Positions 62,974 to 64,000 of a DNA stretch of 64,000 nucleotides are shown here, one piece after another. Below the pieces are notes generated by a model that worked only from the letters and a program-made list of their open reading frames with translations, made no database searches and had not been told where the DNA came from. Every line of letters starts with the position of its first letter. Positions within the stretch are counted from its first letter, which is position 1. The translations under genes were made by a program, and so were the position numbers. The stretch comes from Candidatus Spongiisociaceae bacterium. GTDB taxonomy: Bacteria; Actinomycetota; Acidimicrobiia; Spongiisociales; Spongiisociaceae. The stretch lies in assembly GCA_965262915.1 (NCBI GenBank), contig OZ253564.1:352001-416000 (forward strand). Reading direction: 5' to 3'.

Positions 62974-63961
62974 AGAAGTCGATCGTCAGTCCCTGGTAGA
63001 TGGGGTCGTAGTAGCCACCGCCCTCGAGGTAGTCCGGATTCCACACTCTCGTAGCGTCGTCGTTCTCCCGGTAGACGAACGGTGAGCGATGGAGCCGCTC
63101 CCGGTGGAAGCGACCCTCCCGACCCGCCGGTATGTCGGTTCCGCTTCCGTACAGGAGGAGGCCGCCCTCGGCGTAGACCTCGTGCTGCGGGTCGACGTCC
63201 CGGTACTCATGGCTGGCGTTGATCAGCTTGTGTCCGAGTTCGTGGGCAATGGTTTTCCAGGACGTCGGTTGGGACAGGTCGGCGAGCGTGATCACCCCCC
63301 TTATGTGGCGGGGGAGGATCTCCCCGTACGAGTAGCCGGGAAAGGACATCGCGCGGGTGGCCAGCGTCTTGCGCTGCCACGTCCGCTGGTCGAGTTGCTC
63401 GTAGAAGGACATGAAGACGTCTTGGAGAATGACGATATGGATCCGGCGGTCGCGGTCGGGGCCATCCGGGATCACCGTCTCGAAGACCGATCGTGCCTCG
63501 TCGGACATGCGGACGGGCCGTTCCTGACGCTCCTCGTACGGGTTGGCGTACCGGCTGCCCGGTAACTCCGAGCCGGGTGCCTCGGCCTGGACCGAGAGGA
63601 GAGAAGGATCGATCGAGCCGGTCCGGACCGACACCACAGCGAGCTGCACCCCTGCCCGCCGGAAGACCCGCTTGGCTTCGGCCAACCCGTCGAGGACCGC
63701 CTCCAGCCGCACCTTCCTCCGATGCGCCGGGCGTAGGTTGTCCGGGTAGTAGACAGCGATGTCGACGGTCGGCTCGCCGTCGGCCAGGTCGGCGTTGAAG
63801 CCATCGGGATCGACGGGACTCTCGACGCCCCACAGGGTCCGCCCCGCGGTGGGACCGCCGGCCGGTGTATCTTCACCTACGTGCATCGATACCAGTGCTC
63901 CCTCCGCGACGTGACGGCGTTGTGTCCGCGTCCTGATCGTACGCGACGCCGGCCCGGCCAT
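62972..63961 (-). CDS. Zinc metallopeptidase-like protein (HExxH); start uncertain
   Basis: WKTIAHELGHKLINASHE motif. Confidence 0.65.
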   Translation of the reverse strand: MAGPASRTIRTRTQRRHVAEGALVSMHVGEDTPAGGPTAGRTLWGVESPVDPDGFNADLADGEPTVDIAVYYPDNLRPAHRRKVRLEAVLDGLAEAKRVFRRAGVQLAVVSVRTGSIDPSLLSVQAEAPGSELPGSRYANPYEERQERPVRMSDEARSVFETVIPDGPDRDRRIHIVILQDVFMSFYEQLDQRTWQRKTLATRAMSFPGYSYGEILPRHIRGVITLADLSQPTSWKTIAHELGHKLINASHEYRDVDPQHEVYAEGGLLLYGSGTDIPAGREGRFHRERLHRSPFVYRENDDATRVWNPDYLEGGGYYDPIYQGLTIDF

Positions 63962-64000
63962 GCAGCGGCCCGGGCCGCCCGCATGACCAAGCCCGCTGTC

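Noticed and set aside
62757-62975. ORF with a GRGKST Walker-A-like string
   Set aside because: Short, incomplete motif, runs into the repeat array, and has no other ATPase features.

Overview
High-GC actinobacterial DNA. SLH/cadherin surface proteins and the ori gene order suggest class Acidimicrobiia (inference). The right half (38.9-62.7 kb) is the replication-origin region: cca, NUDIX, pseudokinase, sigM/anti-sigma, trxB/trxA, parB/parA/parS, jag, yidC, yidD, rnpA, rpmH, dnaA, oriC, dnaN, recF, dciA, gyrB, gyrA and two DUF3566 genes. The left half is accessory. It holds tRNA-Leu, a ~2,335-aa kexin-like S8/cadherin/SLH surface-protein gene split by an IS30, an amidohydrolase plus peptide ABC operon with several 1-bp frameshifts, and a CoA-dependent catabolic cluster. 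Main discoveries: (1) an IS110 element whose non-coding end reads as a complete bridge RNA (target loop, donor loop, CT cores, circle-junction promoter) programmed against a 7-bp tandem repeat, (AGGTGCC)n, that recurs directly after stop codons; (2) two genes missed by the ORF track (AhpD/CMD-like CxxU and ArsC) with in-frame TGA at the catalytic Cys followed by SECIS-like hairpins; (3) two MITE families, one of which disrupts two genes; (4) a candidate trans-acting chaperone for a propeptide-less kexin-like protease. All calls come from reading the sequence by eye; no searches were run.
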